From assembly GCF_000142905.1 (NCBI RefSeq), contig NW_013657635.1, forward strand, positions 62,001-126,000: a stretch of DNA of 64,000 nucleotides, given 5' to 3'. This document shows, piece by piece, positions 10,287-20,768 of this stretch. Below the pieces are notes generated by a model that saw nothing but the letters and a program-made list of their open reading frames with translations, had not been told where the DNA came from and made no database searches. The DNA comes from Thecamonas trahens ATCC 50062. Lineage: Eukaryota > Protista > Apusomonadida. Positions within the stretch are counted from its first letter, which is position 1; each line of letters starts with the position of its first letter. The position numbers and the translations under genes are program-made.

Positions 10287-11951
10287 ATGTCCGGTCCGCG
10301 GCGCGCCTTTGCCGTTCACCTCGGTTTTGGCTCTCGCTCCGACGACCAAACCTCGGCGCTCTCGACCGCCCACCCGCCGCCAACCGCCTCGTCCCCACTT
10401 GCTCTTGTCCTTGATCCACGCCTTGCCCAGAGTGCGAGTGCCCCTAGTGGAGGTGGCCCGTCCATCTCGCCCAATGCGAACCCCGCTTTGATGACCTCGG
10501 AGCCGTGGTGGGACTCGTTTCGCGAGAAGGACGGCCATGACGGCGCGTCGGCTGTGCCCAACGGCGCTGATGCCTCGTTCCCGTCTGAGCGGCTCCGCTC
10601 GGGCTTCCTCGGCACGCACCTGTCGTCCTCGCCGCAGTCGGGCGGCGGCTCTGGGCGCTCTAACAGCTCCAGCGGATCCGGCGCGGACATCAAGCTCGGA
10701 AGGCTGCTCGGATCGGGTGCCTTTGGCTCGGTCTACCAAGGCCTCAACATCCGGACAGGCATCCAGGTGGCAGTCAAAGTTCTCAACAAGCCTGCCGTCG
10801 GCGGTGGGCGACGGACGGAGCGCGATGCCGAGCGAGGAAAGGAGCTCGCCAAGCTCAAGAAAGAAGTCGATCTCCTCCGCGAGCTTAATCACGTCAACAT
10901 CGTCTCATACTTTGGGACGTGGGAGGACGATGTTGCGCTGTACATCATGCTCGACTACGTCGAGGGCGGATCGCTGGCGGCCAAGATCAAGGAGTTTGGC
11001 ACGCTTCCCGAGCCGCTTGTCGCCTTTTTTATCGCGCAAGTCGTCGAGGGCCTCGCCTTTCTTCACGCCGTCGGCGTCCTCCATCGCGACATCAAGGGTG
11101 CCAACATCCTGCTGACCAAGGAAGGTGTGGTCAAGCTCACCGACTTTGGCATCGCCTCGTCGGCCGCACTCGACGCCTCGATGCACTCGGACGTTCTTCG
11201 CCAGATGGTCGGTACCCCGTGCTACATCGCACCCGAGGTCATTGCCGGTGAGGGCGCGACGCCCGCGTCGGACGTCTACTCCCTCGCGTGTACCATCGTC
11301 GAGATGGTCGCCGGCAAGCCGCCGTTTGCCGACGCCAAGAACCTCCTCCGCATCTGCTACCTCACCGCCACTGCCCCCACCCCCATCCCGGACTCGCTCT
11401 CACCGCTCCTGCAAGATCTCCTACGCCAGGCGTTTGTCAAGGACCCTGCACAGCGACTGACGGTGGCAGGGATCCGCGCCCATCCTTGGATGCGCGCCGT
11501 CTCGTCCGCGCACACCGCCGCACATGCCGATGCTCCGTCGCAGAAGCCACTTATTGTCGCTGAGGATGCATCCGGAGATGATCCGTGCCACTTACAGCCG
11601 AGCCTTGCTGCCCTCGACTCGACCGTCACCACCGCCATCGGCTCTGACCTCGACGCCTACCTTCGATCGCTTGTCATTGCTCGGCCGCACGCGGCAGAGG
11701 CTCGCTCGAGCAGCGGAAGCTTCGACGAGGAGAAGACGCTTACCATGAGCATGGCGCTCGGTGAATCGCTTGGTCCGTTGGATCCGTCGGCAGTCTGCCT
11801 CGAGGTCAGCTTTCCGGAATCAGAGGTCTCGGCTGCGTCGCAGGCGTCGGCCGCCGCGGCATCGGCTGCTAGCTCCGAGCCCATTCCGCCGGACACCATG
11901 TACGCCACCGCGTTTGACGACTCGCTGTCATGGTCGTCAGACGAAGAGTGA
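10287..11951 (+). CDS. STE11/Cdc15-like Ser/Thr protein kinase (MAP3K type)
   Basis: LGSGAFGSVY, VAVK, HRDIKGANIL, DFG, GTPCYIAPE. Start codon uncertain. Confidence 0.88.
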   Translation: MSGPRRAFAVHLGFGSRSDDQTSALSTAHPPPTASSPLALVLDPRLAQSASAPSGGGPSISPNANPALMTSEPWWDSFREKDGHDGASAVPNGADASFPSERLRSGFLGTHLSSSPQSGGGSGRSNSSSGSGADIKLGRLLGSGAFGSVYQGLNIRTGIQVAVKVLNKPAVGGGRRTERDAERGKELAKLKKEVDLLRELNHVNIVSYFGTWEDDVALYIMLDYVEGGSLAAKIKEFGTLPEPLVAFFIAQVVEGLAFLHAVGVLHRDIKGANILLTKEGVVKLTDFGIASSAALDASMHSDVLRQMVGTPCYIAPEVIAGEGATPASDVYSLACTIVEMVAGKPPFADAKNLLRICYLTATAPTPIPDSLSPLLQDLLRQAFVKDPAQRLTVAGIRAHPWMRAVSSAHTAAHADAPSQKPLIVAEDASGDDPCHLQPSLAALDSTVTTAIGSDLDAYLRSLVIARPHAAEARSSSGSFDEEKTLTMSMALGESLGPLDPSAVCLEVSFPESEVSAASQASAAAASAASSEPIPPDTMYATAFDDSLSWSSDEE

Positions 11952-11955
11952 CATC

Positions 11956-12013
11956 CATTTATAGTCGGCCCTCCTCGGCTAGCCCATTTATAGTCGGCCC
12001 TCCTCGGCTAGCC
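11956..12013 (+). repeat. 29-bp direct duplication between convergent genes
   Basis: CATTTATAGTCGGCCCTCCTCGGCTAGCC occurs twice in tandem. Confidence 0.85.
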
Positions 12014-12050
12014 GCGCCGCAAGTCGGTGTAAACCCGTGCGGCATCACGG

Positions 12051-14415
12051 CTACTCTAGCATGCCAAAGATGTCCTCGTCGTCGCCGTCGTCGCGTCGCC
12101 GTCGTCGGCAGGCGCCTCGGGCGCTGGTGCAGGCACTTCATCGCTGTCGCCAGCGAGAAAGGCGGCAGCGTCGGCAGCTGAGACGGTGGCCTCGGCGCAC
12201 TCGTCGGAGGAGATGAGCGTGACACGTGCGTCGACAACCGACGCCCACCACTCGGCCTTGCGCCCTGTCGCGTACTTGGCGCGGAGCTTGGGCAGCAGCG
12301 CGTTGAACGCGCCGGGCTCCTCCTGGAGAATGCTCATAGCCCGGAGAGCGACGAGGCACTCGAGGGCCTTGGGGTAGTAGGCGGCGCGGAACGAGGTGTC
12401 GACAAGGCTCTCGATCATGGCTGCCAACTGGGCAATGGCGGTGTTGACAAGATCCTCGTCGCGGCGCGCGCACATGGCCTCAAAGTCGGCGACCGGATTA
12501 ACCGAGGTGATTTGCGAGACGGCCTGTGCCAGGATCGAGTCAACCGAGACATCCGCAGCTCCAGTGACACGCGGGCGTTTGGCGAGCGTGCCGTCGCCGG
12601 TGAGCAGAGCCGACGAGGCAGCCGCCGAGGAGGCGCCGGATGTGGCGCCGGGAACAGTCGACGATGGACCTGCAACGTCGCTTCCACCGACGCCGACATC
12701 GCCGTCAACAGCCCAGAACCGCGCCCGTCGCTTCTTGGTCTTCTCGGCCGGCACGAGCGGGAAGAGCTCCTTGAAGGCGGCCATGGCCGGTGCAGCAGCG
12801 GCAAAGAGATTGGCGTCCGGCTGCATGTAGGCCGATATGATCGGGTCGACTGGCGGGAGCGCCGTGTCGTCCGGATGCAGCGCTCGATGTTGAACAACCT
12901 GGTAAAAGTACTGCATGACCGGGTTGTAGGTGTTCTCCGGTTTGAGCGCCTCTACAGCCTCGCCGTCCTCGTCCACTTGCGCGGTCATGAGGTCGAGCGA
13001 GTCGATGAGCGCCTCAGCGGCGTCGAGCTGCGCCTTGTTGGGCACGTTGCCCTGGATGAGTGAGAGCGAGGCAAAGTCATAGTTGCGCACATCGTCCATG
13101 AACGGCAAGTGCGAGTAGTAGAGGCAGAGCCCATCTTCCTCCACCGACGGCCAGCAGAAGCCGAGCCGCGGCGCAGAGTTGTTACGGGCCACAAAGCGAA
13201 CAAGCATGATGCGGTCGGTCTCGTACAGCGCCATGATCAGCGAGTGGAGCGCCGTCGCCGACTCGGGCGAGTTGGGCGTCGGCACCAGACACGTGATGTT
13301 GGACATGTACTGATGGCGGAAGACTTGCTTGGCTGGTGCAAAGCCGAGCACCTTGAGCGCCTTGGGCGCGCAGTACTTGAGCACGCTCTCGTCGATGGCC
13401 GAAAACGGCACGATCGACTGGCCGAGACGGAAGCCCTTGCAGATTTTGTCCTTTTCCAGCTCTGTCAAGTCGTCGTCGCTACGACGGTACGAGGTCTGCA
13501 TCTCGACCTTGCCTTGCGAGTCAGCGCCGGCTTCCAGCGACCGCTTGGTCGCCGATGGGAGTGTGACCCGCATGGTCTTGGTGTACCCATACACGCCGAT
13601 AGCCATGCCCGGCCCGACGTCGAGCGTGCCAGTGTACGACGGGCGCTGAAGTGTGTCCTTGGACCGGAACGCCGACATGTGGGCAAGTGCTGACTTGAGA
13701 TTGACAAAGGTGGCGTCGACAGAGGCGCACACGTCGCGGTAGAGCGCCTCGTTGGCGAGCAGCAGCGGCGGCTTGTCGGTCCGAGCCGCCTGGCGGGCCT
13801 CAAAGCCCGGTACGGCCATCTCGTCGTCGTCAAACTCGTCAAAGCCGATGCCAATGAGCGAGAGCGAGGCGCCGACTTCTTCAAAGCGCATAGCAAGCGT
13901 AGGCAGGTTGGACGGATCCAGCGAGGAGAGACCGTTTGTAATGAGCATGACGCGCTTTGCCCACTTGCGCTTGCCACAAAACCCGTCGATCAAGTCCAAC
14001 GCCACCAGAACACCATGCAGGGCATCACCCTTTGACTGAGCCACCGATATGTGAGGGACAGCAAGGAGGAGATCGACTGTCGGCTTGCTCACATCAGTGC
14101 GCAGAGTCACATCACTAAAGTACGACAAAGCCGGATGACCGCCACCACTACCACCGCCGCCGGTGCGACCGACTTCAACAATGCCCACCACATCATTCTT
14201 CCGATGCATGAGCTTGGCCTTGAGAAAGAGATCAATGAGAGTCTTGGCCGATGAGAGATGCGAGTGACCATTGGTGCCGACCGTGGCCATACCTGCAGAC
14301 ACGTCCAGCACCACCACACATGCTTCCTGTGGATGGGGGTGGGTGAGTGAAAGGGGAAGGGAGGGGAGGAGGGGAGGAGGGGTATATGGGAGGGGGGAGG
14401 GCGTACCTTGGACAT
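12051..14415 (-). CDS. XRCC5: Ku80 (intron 14327-14406; frameshift near 12093)
   Basis: MSK|EACVVVLDVS vWA start; Ku core (KGFRLGQSIVPFS, LKVLGF, LPFMDDVR, YNPVMQ); C-terminal helical domain (KALECLVALR). The shifted frame ends DDEDIFGMLE*. Confidence 0.92.
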
Positions 14416-15243
14416 GGTGGGCAGTGGGAGTGAAGTGGTGGAGTGGGAGGGGTGTCGGGGGTGGGGGTGGGGTGGGGGCGGGAGGTGGACTTCTGCGACT
14501 CGGGGGGATTAGGGGCCGAGGACGGAAAAAGGTCGTGGAAGGGGGATATGTGATGGGGAGCTGTACGGCTAGAGAGGAAGGGGACGGATAGAGGAAGAGG
14601 GAAGGATGAAGGAGAGAAGGAAGGGCATGGTTGAGGTTGGGAAGAAGGGTAGGAGGTGGGAGGAGGAAGGATTGGGAGGCTGGGAGGAGGGAAAGCTGGG
14701 AAAGGGCGAGAGAAAAAGATGGGGGCGGGGGATGGTGCAATGCAGGGCGATAGGGTGCGGATAAGGATGTTGGAGAGGTGGTTAGAGGGCACACAAGAAA
14801 GAAGGGCTGTTTATATGGTTGGCATGGGGTTGATGGTGGTTTCAGGACGGATGATGGGTAAATTGTCGAGAGCGAGGGTTTTAGACGGTTGCGGGGTGAG
14901 AAAAAGGATTTCTGCTACTGCATGAGGTAGAGTAGCTGCTGAGGCCAGCAATCAAGAGCTTACTACGCCTCTGCATGCACAACATGCGGATGGCAATGTG
15001 GTGCGACATATGTTCAAGATGGTGTGCGATTGTGGCCATCGATGGCAGTACGCTTTCCCCAGAAAGATTAGGATTCTTCCCGCGGATTTAGCAGCAAAAC
15101 GATTGTGTGACGTCGAGGCGGAGGGCACACAACCACAGGCAAGGGAAGAGCACGTCGACGACAGCAGCCACACACCTCTCGCACACTCACCGTGTAGGAG
15201 TGGGTGACTTATATCCGAACCCGGAGTTTTGTGCGCGTGCGAC

Positions 15244-15825
15244 ATGGCAGGAGAGAGAACGAGCCCGGAAGGGGACAGCGCAGGCGGAGATGCGTGCAAT
15301 GGTCGAGCGGTCGGCGCCGACGGAGCGGAAGGATGCGACGGGCGGGATGAATCGGGTCAAAGTGGTGGTGATGCCGGCGCGAGTGGCGACGAGCTGGGAT
15401 CGAGTAGCTCGAGTGGGAGTGGGACGGAGGGTGGATCTCTCAAGCCGGCTCCGCCCGAGGTTGTCGCTCTTGACGAGGTGGTGCAGATCGAGCTGAGGCA
15501 AAGATCGCGGCCGTTTGTGGCGGCGACGATCCGGAAGCCCGGTGAGACTGAGGGTCTGGTGATCAAGATGCTTGTGGACACGGGGGCGTCGAGGACAGCC
15601 ATTCCACGGAAGGTGTTTGAGTCGCTCGGGGCACAGATTGTCGGCACCCGGACGTTTACCCTGGGCTCAGGAGCCAAGCATGAGCGGCCGATTGCACGGG
15701 TGGAGATCGAGATCCGAGGCTCGGTGGTCAAGGCAGACGTTGGGGTGCGCGAGGGCATGTCGCATGGACTGGTAGGCATAGATTGGATCATGGCTGTCTG
15801 TCCGGAGTTTGTGTATCGCACCTAG
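15244..15825 (+). CDS. Single-domain clan AA (retropepsin-like) aspartyl protease
   Basis: MLVDTGASRTAI catalytic motif and GLVGIDWI C-terminal motif. Confidence 0.75.
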   Translation: MAGERTSPEGDSAGGDACNGRAVGADGAEGCDGRDESGQSGGDAGASGDELGSSSSSGSGTEGGSLKPAPPEVVALDEVVQIELRQRSRPFVAATIRKPGETEGLVIKMLVDTGASRTAIPRKVFESLGAQIVGTRTFTLGSGAKHERPIARVEIEIRGSVVKADVGVREGMSHGLVGIDWIMAVCPEFVYRT

Positions 15826-16025
15826 CCGCAGCCCAGTTCGGCTGCCGCCCGCTCGCCCCACCACACCACACCCGCACCCCATACACCACACACTACACAC
15901 CATATCCCATCCATCCCCCCACAAATCGCCCCCTTCCCCGTCCCGGATCCCCCCCCCAACCGAGTCCGCTCCGCAGCCCACCGCTCGCTCCCCGCCGGCC
16001 ACCCGCCGCCCACTCGACTCCAACC

Positions 16026-16603
16026 ATGCTCCGGGCGGTGAGCAGCCAGGTGACGCGAGGGCTCGCGCGAGCTGTCCACGCAACCCAGCTCGTCCGTGAC
16101 ACCTCTGACCTTCCGAAGGAGCTTACCATGCATACAGGGGATGCCGGTACGTCTTGCCCAACCCCCAACCTCTCCCGTCTCGCTGTCGGTGAGGCGACGC
16201 GTTGGATGAGCCGCCGCCGTCCTGGTCCTCGGCCAGCCGGCCGCCCGCAGTGCAGACAGAGCAGCCAAGAGTGGTGGGCACAACGACGGAGTCTGTCTTT
16301 TTTTTTGTGATCGATGGAATTTTGGGTAGAGTCGGAACTCACTGGAACAATGATCGCTACTGATGTGGTGATGGGTGGACGACAGATCCGCATCCGATGG
16401 AGCGGACTATGGAGGGACTCAATGTAGTGGCCGGTCAGCCTGATCCTCCACTCAAGCCCGACTCGGAGTACCCGGACTGGCTGTGGGAGCTGTCGACAGA
16501 GAAGGCCGAGTTCTCGCCTGAGGATGGCGGAAAGTACTTCCGCCAGCAGCGCCGGAGAGGCATCAAGCAGCACAACGTCGACCAGCAGTACGCCAAGGTC
16601 TGA
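16026..16603 (+). CDS. MRPL54: Mitochondrial ribosomal protein mL54 (intron 16147-16385)
   Basis: Mitochondrial presequence-like MLRAVSSQVTRGLARA; GLNV...DPPLKPDSEYPDWLWEL...IKQHN. Confidence 0.85.
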
Positions 16604-16833
16604 TCGCCCTGTGCTGAACTTGTGGGCGCCATCACTCTGCGCTCTCGCCGTCTTGCCTTTGGCAGCTAACGCTGAGCGCAAACCCATCGTCCGTGACAAC
16701 CTCGAGCGGCACCGACGGCGCATCATCGCGGGCTGAACGACAAGCAGCCGAGCTCGTGGCAGAGCTCGGGAGCCGCGACCCGCGCGGCGCGCGAACAGAT
16801 GGTAAAATCCATGCCGAGAGGAGCCCTCTGCAG

Positions 16834-17451
16834 CTACCGCTGCAGCTGTTTGATCTGGGCCTTGAGGAACTTGATCTGGGCCTTGAGCTCAATTCGCTCC
16901 TCGCACTCGGCGCGGACGGTCTCCTCCAGCAAAGCCATGTGCTTGAGCGCCTCGGCCCACTCATCCGGTGATGGCAAGCCCGGGGCAGCCGATTCAGCGT
17001 GCGATGGTGACCCAGGTGCGGCAGCTGTGGCAGCTGCTTCTGCTGCAGCAAGCTTAGCCTCTGCCAGCTCTTCCTCCAGTATGGCATTCTTCTTGAGCGC
17101 CTTGTCCAAGGCGCGCGAGGTGGCGATCAGCTCGCGCTCGAGCTTGGCCATGTCAGCCTTCACCGCCGCACCAGCGCTATCGCTCGCACGACCCAATTGA
17201 GCCTCAAGCGCCAAACGATCCTCCTTCTCTTTGCCCAGCAGCATCTCCGTCATGGCCAGCTCCTCCTGCAGCGCCTTTCGCTCCGCCTCCCACGACGATC
17301 GCTCCGCAGCGTGTGTCGCCGCCAGTCGCTCGCCGGCTTGAGCAGACTCGGCCGACATGGCCGAGAACGAGGCCTGCAGCTCACGGATGCGCTCGCGGTG
17401 CGAGGCAACGAGCGCGTCAACTTCTGCGTGTAGCTCGCGGTCTCCCGACAT
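16834..17451 (-). CDS. Coiled-coil protein of unknown function (5' end uncertain)
   Basis: E/L/A/K-rich heptad sequence with GC3-biased codons. Confidence 0.6.
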   Translation of the reverse strand: MSGDRELHAEVDALVASHRERIRELQASFSAMSAESAQAGERLAATHAAERSSWEAERKALQEELAMTEMLLGKEKEDRLALEAQLGRASDSAGAAVKADMAKLERELIATSRALDKALKKNAILEEELAEAKLAAAEAAATAAAPGSPSHAESAAPGLPSPDEWAEALKHMALLEETVRAECEERIELKAQIKFLKAQIKQLQR

Positions 17452-17969
17452 GGCCAAACTTGCCTCGAGTTGTCGGTAGTCGCGTGGTGGGCCTCGGCCT
17501 CGGCCTGGCCAGAGCCGCCTGGCGAGACTGGTGGCCGTATGGCGGGTGCGGTGGAGGGATGCCGGTGCTACCGCTCGGCGCGCGCAACCGCCTGGTCAGG
17601 CAGGGAGGGAGGGAAGGACAAAGGGATGGGTTTACGGTACGCAGGATTGTCATGCGGTATTGGATCGACCAAGTGGGGGGGGGGGAGGAAGAGGGTGCGG
17701 ATGGGTCATCGCCAGCCAGGACGCTATCTGGCCTCTATCACTGCGCTGCGCTGGACACTGTAGCCTGGACATGGCAGGCTCTCTGTCAACCACAGCCGGG
17801 ATCCTTCTCCGCAACACTGCCGAGCAGAAGCCAGCTTAGATCCCTTGTGTAGCCCCACACGCGACAGATCGGCCTCAATGCCAGCCAGAGCCCTTTCGGT
17901 GGCGCAGGGCAACAGCAAGCGCTTCACACACGCCAGATTCCACGGAGAGCCACAGGTTGTAGCTGATAG

Positions 17970-18209
17970 TCAACGCGGCGTCGGCGCCTGCGCAGCATCA
18001 AAGTCGATCGAGGAATAGATGGCGGTGAGGCCCGCAACAAGGCCGCCGAGCGCCAGGACGGCTGCCACAGGATGCCGGGTGGCGTGGAAGGCCTTGGCTG
18101 AGGTACCAAACAGCATCCCCGAACACGCTACCACAACCCCCGTCCCTACAGGTAGCCGTCCCATCCCTACAGCCGCCACCTCGCCCACGCTCTCGCCTTC
18201 CTTTGCCAT
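17970..18209 (-). CDS. Possible small two-TM membrane protein
   Basis: MAKEGESVGEV followed by two hydrophobic segments. No recognised family. Confidence 0.3.
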   Translation of the reverse strand: MAKEGESVGEVAAVGMGRLPVGTGVVVACSGMLFGTSAKAFHATRHPVAAVLALGGLVAGLTAIYSSIDFDAAQAPTPR

Positions 18210-18720
18210 GCTGGGACGGGTATGCCGCGCTGAGGGAGTCTCACTGCCAGACGCGATCATCGCCACGATCACGATCACACACCACGCCATCACCGCACTC
18301 TCCTCACCCCCAACAGAGACATCGCCTCCGCCACAGCAACACCCAACACCCGCATGCTTCACCAACAGACTCTACCTCCCCATACAGTCATCGATCCCGT
18401 TCCCACTCTTGCTTCAGCTGATGATGTCGTCGCCTTCTCCGCCGAGGGGATAATTACCCCCCTTTCACCGATCTCAGAAAAAAGGTCGCAAACCTGAAGC
18501 CGCCCTTTCTGATGAGCCTGCCCCTCCCTCCTCCCCCCCCCCCCACCCACATACACCAAGGCGCTATCTCTCTCCCTCCCCCTATATCTCCCCACATCAT
18601 CCTAGCCTGCTCCGTCTTTTCCTTCTCGCCACACACTATGATGATGATGGCATCCTCATGCCGTCACACTCGCAGTCGATCGGGCTAGGCGGAATGATGT
18701 CCGCAGAAAGGTCGTGGTTC

Positions 18721-18762
18721 CAGCCACAGCCACAGCCACAGCCACAGCCACAGCCACAGCCA
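18721..18762 (+). repeat. (CAGCCA)n microsatellite
   Basis: About 7 copies visible. Confidence 0.9.
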
Positions 18763-18792
18763 AGAACACACTTCTCGCTCGGCCGGTGGGGC

Positions 18793-20544
18793 ATGTCGAG
18801 TGGGTCGGAGCTGTGCGAGCTCATCTCGCAGAAGCGTGGTGACGAGGCGCTGCGGCTTGTGCAGTCCAAGGCGTTGGGCCTTGCAGCGGTGAATGGAAGC
18901 AAGGACGGGTGGACAGCGCTGCACTCTGCGGTCTTTGTGGGCCATACCACACTCGTGTCTGCCCTCATTGCTGCCGGTGCGGATGTGACCGCCGTCAATC
19001 CGCGTGGCGAGACAGCGCTTCATCTGGCGGCAGCAGAGAACAAGGTGGCCATTGTCAAGATGCTCCTACGGGCGCTCGCAGACCGCTCGCCGCCGCCGCC
19101 GCCCACCGCCACTACCGTCACAGCAAAGGGCCACAATCCGCTGTATGCTGCCGTTGCTGGGCGCGCCACAGACGCAGCTATGATCCTGCTCGATCCTGCG
19201 GCTCACAGCCTGCGGCTGGTCGGCGGACGGCTCGGACTCGATGTCGTCGATCGCCACGGCCGCACGGCGCTCATGGCCGCTGCCCGCATCGGCGACGCTA
19301 GCCTCTGCCATGCCATTATTCAAGCTGCAGCTGACGAGGCTGACATGATGGGCAAGCGCGTCGGCGTTGGGTTGGACCTCGTCGACAGCAACGGCCGTAC
19401 CGCCCTGCACTGGGGCGTCAAGTCCAAGGTTGTCGCCTCCATCGCCGGCGCCTTTGCTGCCGCCAATGGCCCGCTCGATGCAGCAGATGACAAGTCTGCC
19501 ACGGTTCTGATGTATGTGTGCGTGGTCGGCGACGTGGTGGCGGCCACTGCCCTGCTCAACGCCGGCGCCTCGACCGCGCCGCGCAACGCGACCGGCAACA
19601 CCGCCCTGCATCTGGCGGCCAAGCACAATCAAGCCGCCGTCGTCGAGGCTCTCCTTGCTGCAGGCGCTGATCCTCTGGTCGAGAACACAGCTGGCAAGCG
19701 TCCTGGCGCCCTCACCGCAGACAGTGCGGTCGAGCGCGCGCTCCGGGACGCCGCCCAGGCTGCTGCCGATGCTGCTGCCGCCGCTGCCGCCGCCGAGGCT
19801 GCCTCGGCCTCTTGCGCTGATCCGTCGCCCAGCCTCACGCTCGGCACGCTCAGCACGCTGCCTTCGTCGAGTTCGCTCTCGCTCTCGGGCGATCCGTCGC
19901 TCGACGTGCTCGGCGGCTCGAGCCGGCCGGCCAAGCGCCAAAAGATTGACCACGTGCCGGCCTCGCCGTCGGTCGCCTCGACCTCGCTCACCTTTTCCCA
20001 GGCTCTGGAGCTGACGACCGCCACCGTGCCGCGCCCACCACCACCGGCGGCTCCAGCACCAGCCCCCCCGCCTCAGCAGCACCACCACCAGATGCTCGGC
20101 GTTGCTGCCACCATCTCGGACGCTTCAATCGCCACCATAAGCTCGATGCCGCCGTCGCGCAAGCGGGCGCGCTCGCCCGACAACGTCCAACTGCCAGCCG
20201 TCCCGAGTTCGGCGACAGGCGTGAGTGTGAGCCCAGCTCCGAGCTCCTCCAACTCAAGCATCCCAGCGCAGCTCTCGATGGGCTTGAGCATGATGTCGCT
20301 CCCGTCCGACTCATCCCCGCCCCGCTCACCCGAGCCCGCCGCATCATCGCTCGCCGCCATCCTTGACACACTTGGCGTCTCCCACGTTCTCCCACTCCTT
20401 CGCGCCGAAGAAGTTGATCTCGCTGCGCTCTCCCTCCTCAACGAGTCTGATCTCAAAGAGCTTGGGATCGCCATGGGCACGCGCAAGAAGCTCCTCGCTT
20501 ACATCCGCGCCAACCCATCATCACTCGCCATGCAGCAGCCGTAA
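18793..20544 (+). CDS. Ankyrin-repeat protein with C-terminal SAM domain
   Basis: Multiple G.TALH.A ankyrin repeats; C-terminal EEVDLAALSLLNESDLKELGIAMGTRKKLL (SAM). Confidence 0.88.
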   Translation: MSSGSELCELISQKRGDEALRLVQSKALGLAAVNGSKDGWTALHSAVFVGHTTLVSALIAAGADVTAVNPRGETALHLAAAENKVAIVKMLLRALADRSPPPPPTATTVTAKGHNPLYAAVAGRATDAAMILLDPAAHSLRLVGGRLGLDVVDRHGRTALMAAARIGDASLCHAIIQAAADEADMMGKRVGVGLDLVDSNGRTALHWGVKSKVVASIAGAFAAANGPLDAADDKSATVLMYVCVVGDVVAATALLNAGASTAPRNATGNTALHLAAKHNQAAVVEALLAAGADPLVENTAGKRPGALTADSAVERALRDAAQAAADAAAAAAAAEAASASCADPSPSLTLGTLSTLPSSSSLSLSGDPSLDVLGGSSRPAKRQKIDHVPASPSVASTSLTFSQALELTTATVPRPPPPAAPAPAPPPQQHHHQMLGVAATISDASIATISSMPPSRKRARSPDNVQLPAVPSSATGVSVSPAPSSSNSSIPAQLSMGLSMMSLPSDSSPPRSPEPAASSLAAILDTLGVSHVLPLLRAEEVDLAALSLLNESDLKELGIAMGTRKKLLAYIRANPSSLAMQQP

Positions 20545-20768
20545 TTGTATACCCCCCCTCCCTTGCCCTGCCTTCCTTGCGGCCATGAGTGCGTGCTGTG
20601 CTCACTCCTTCCTGCGCCCTGCTCACTCCTTCTTGCACCCTGCTCACTGCCCGGCGCAAGTCGACTCAACCGCAAGTGCGGAGCGGAAGCAGCAAAAGGC
20701 ACGACTCAACTGCGCTCTCGGCCAACGGCTCGAGGAGCTACAAGACAACCACCACAGACTCACTCATC

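Noticed and set aside
15244-15825. LTR retrotransposon
   Set aside because: No gag, RT, RNase H, integrase or LTRs were seen nearby.
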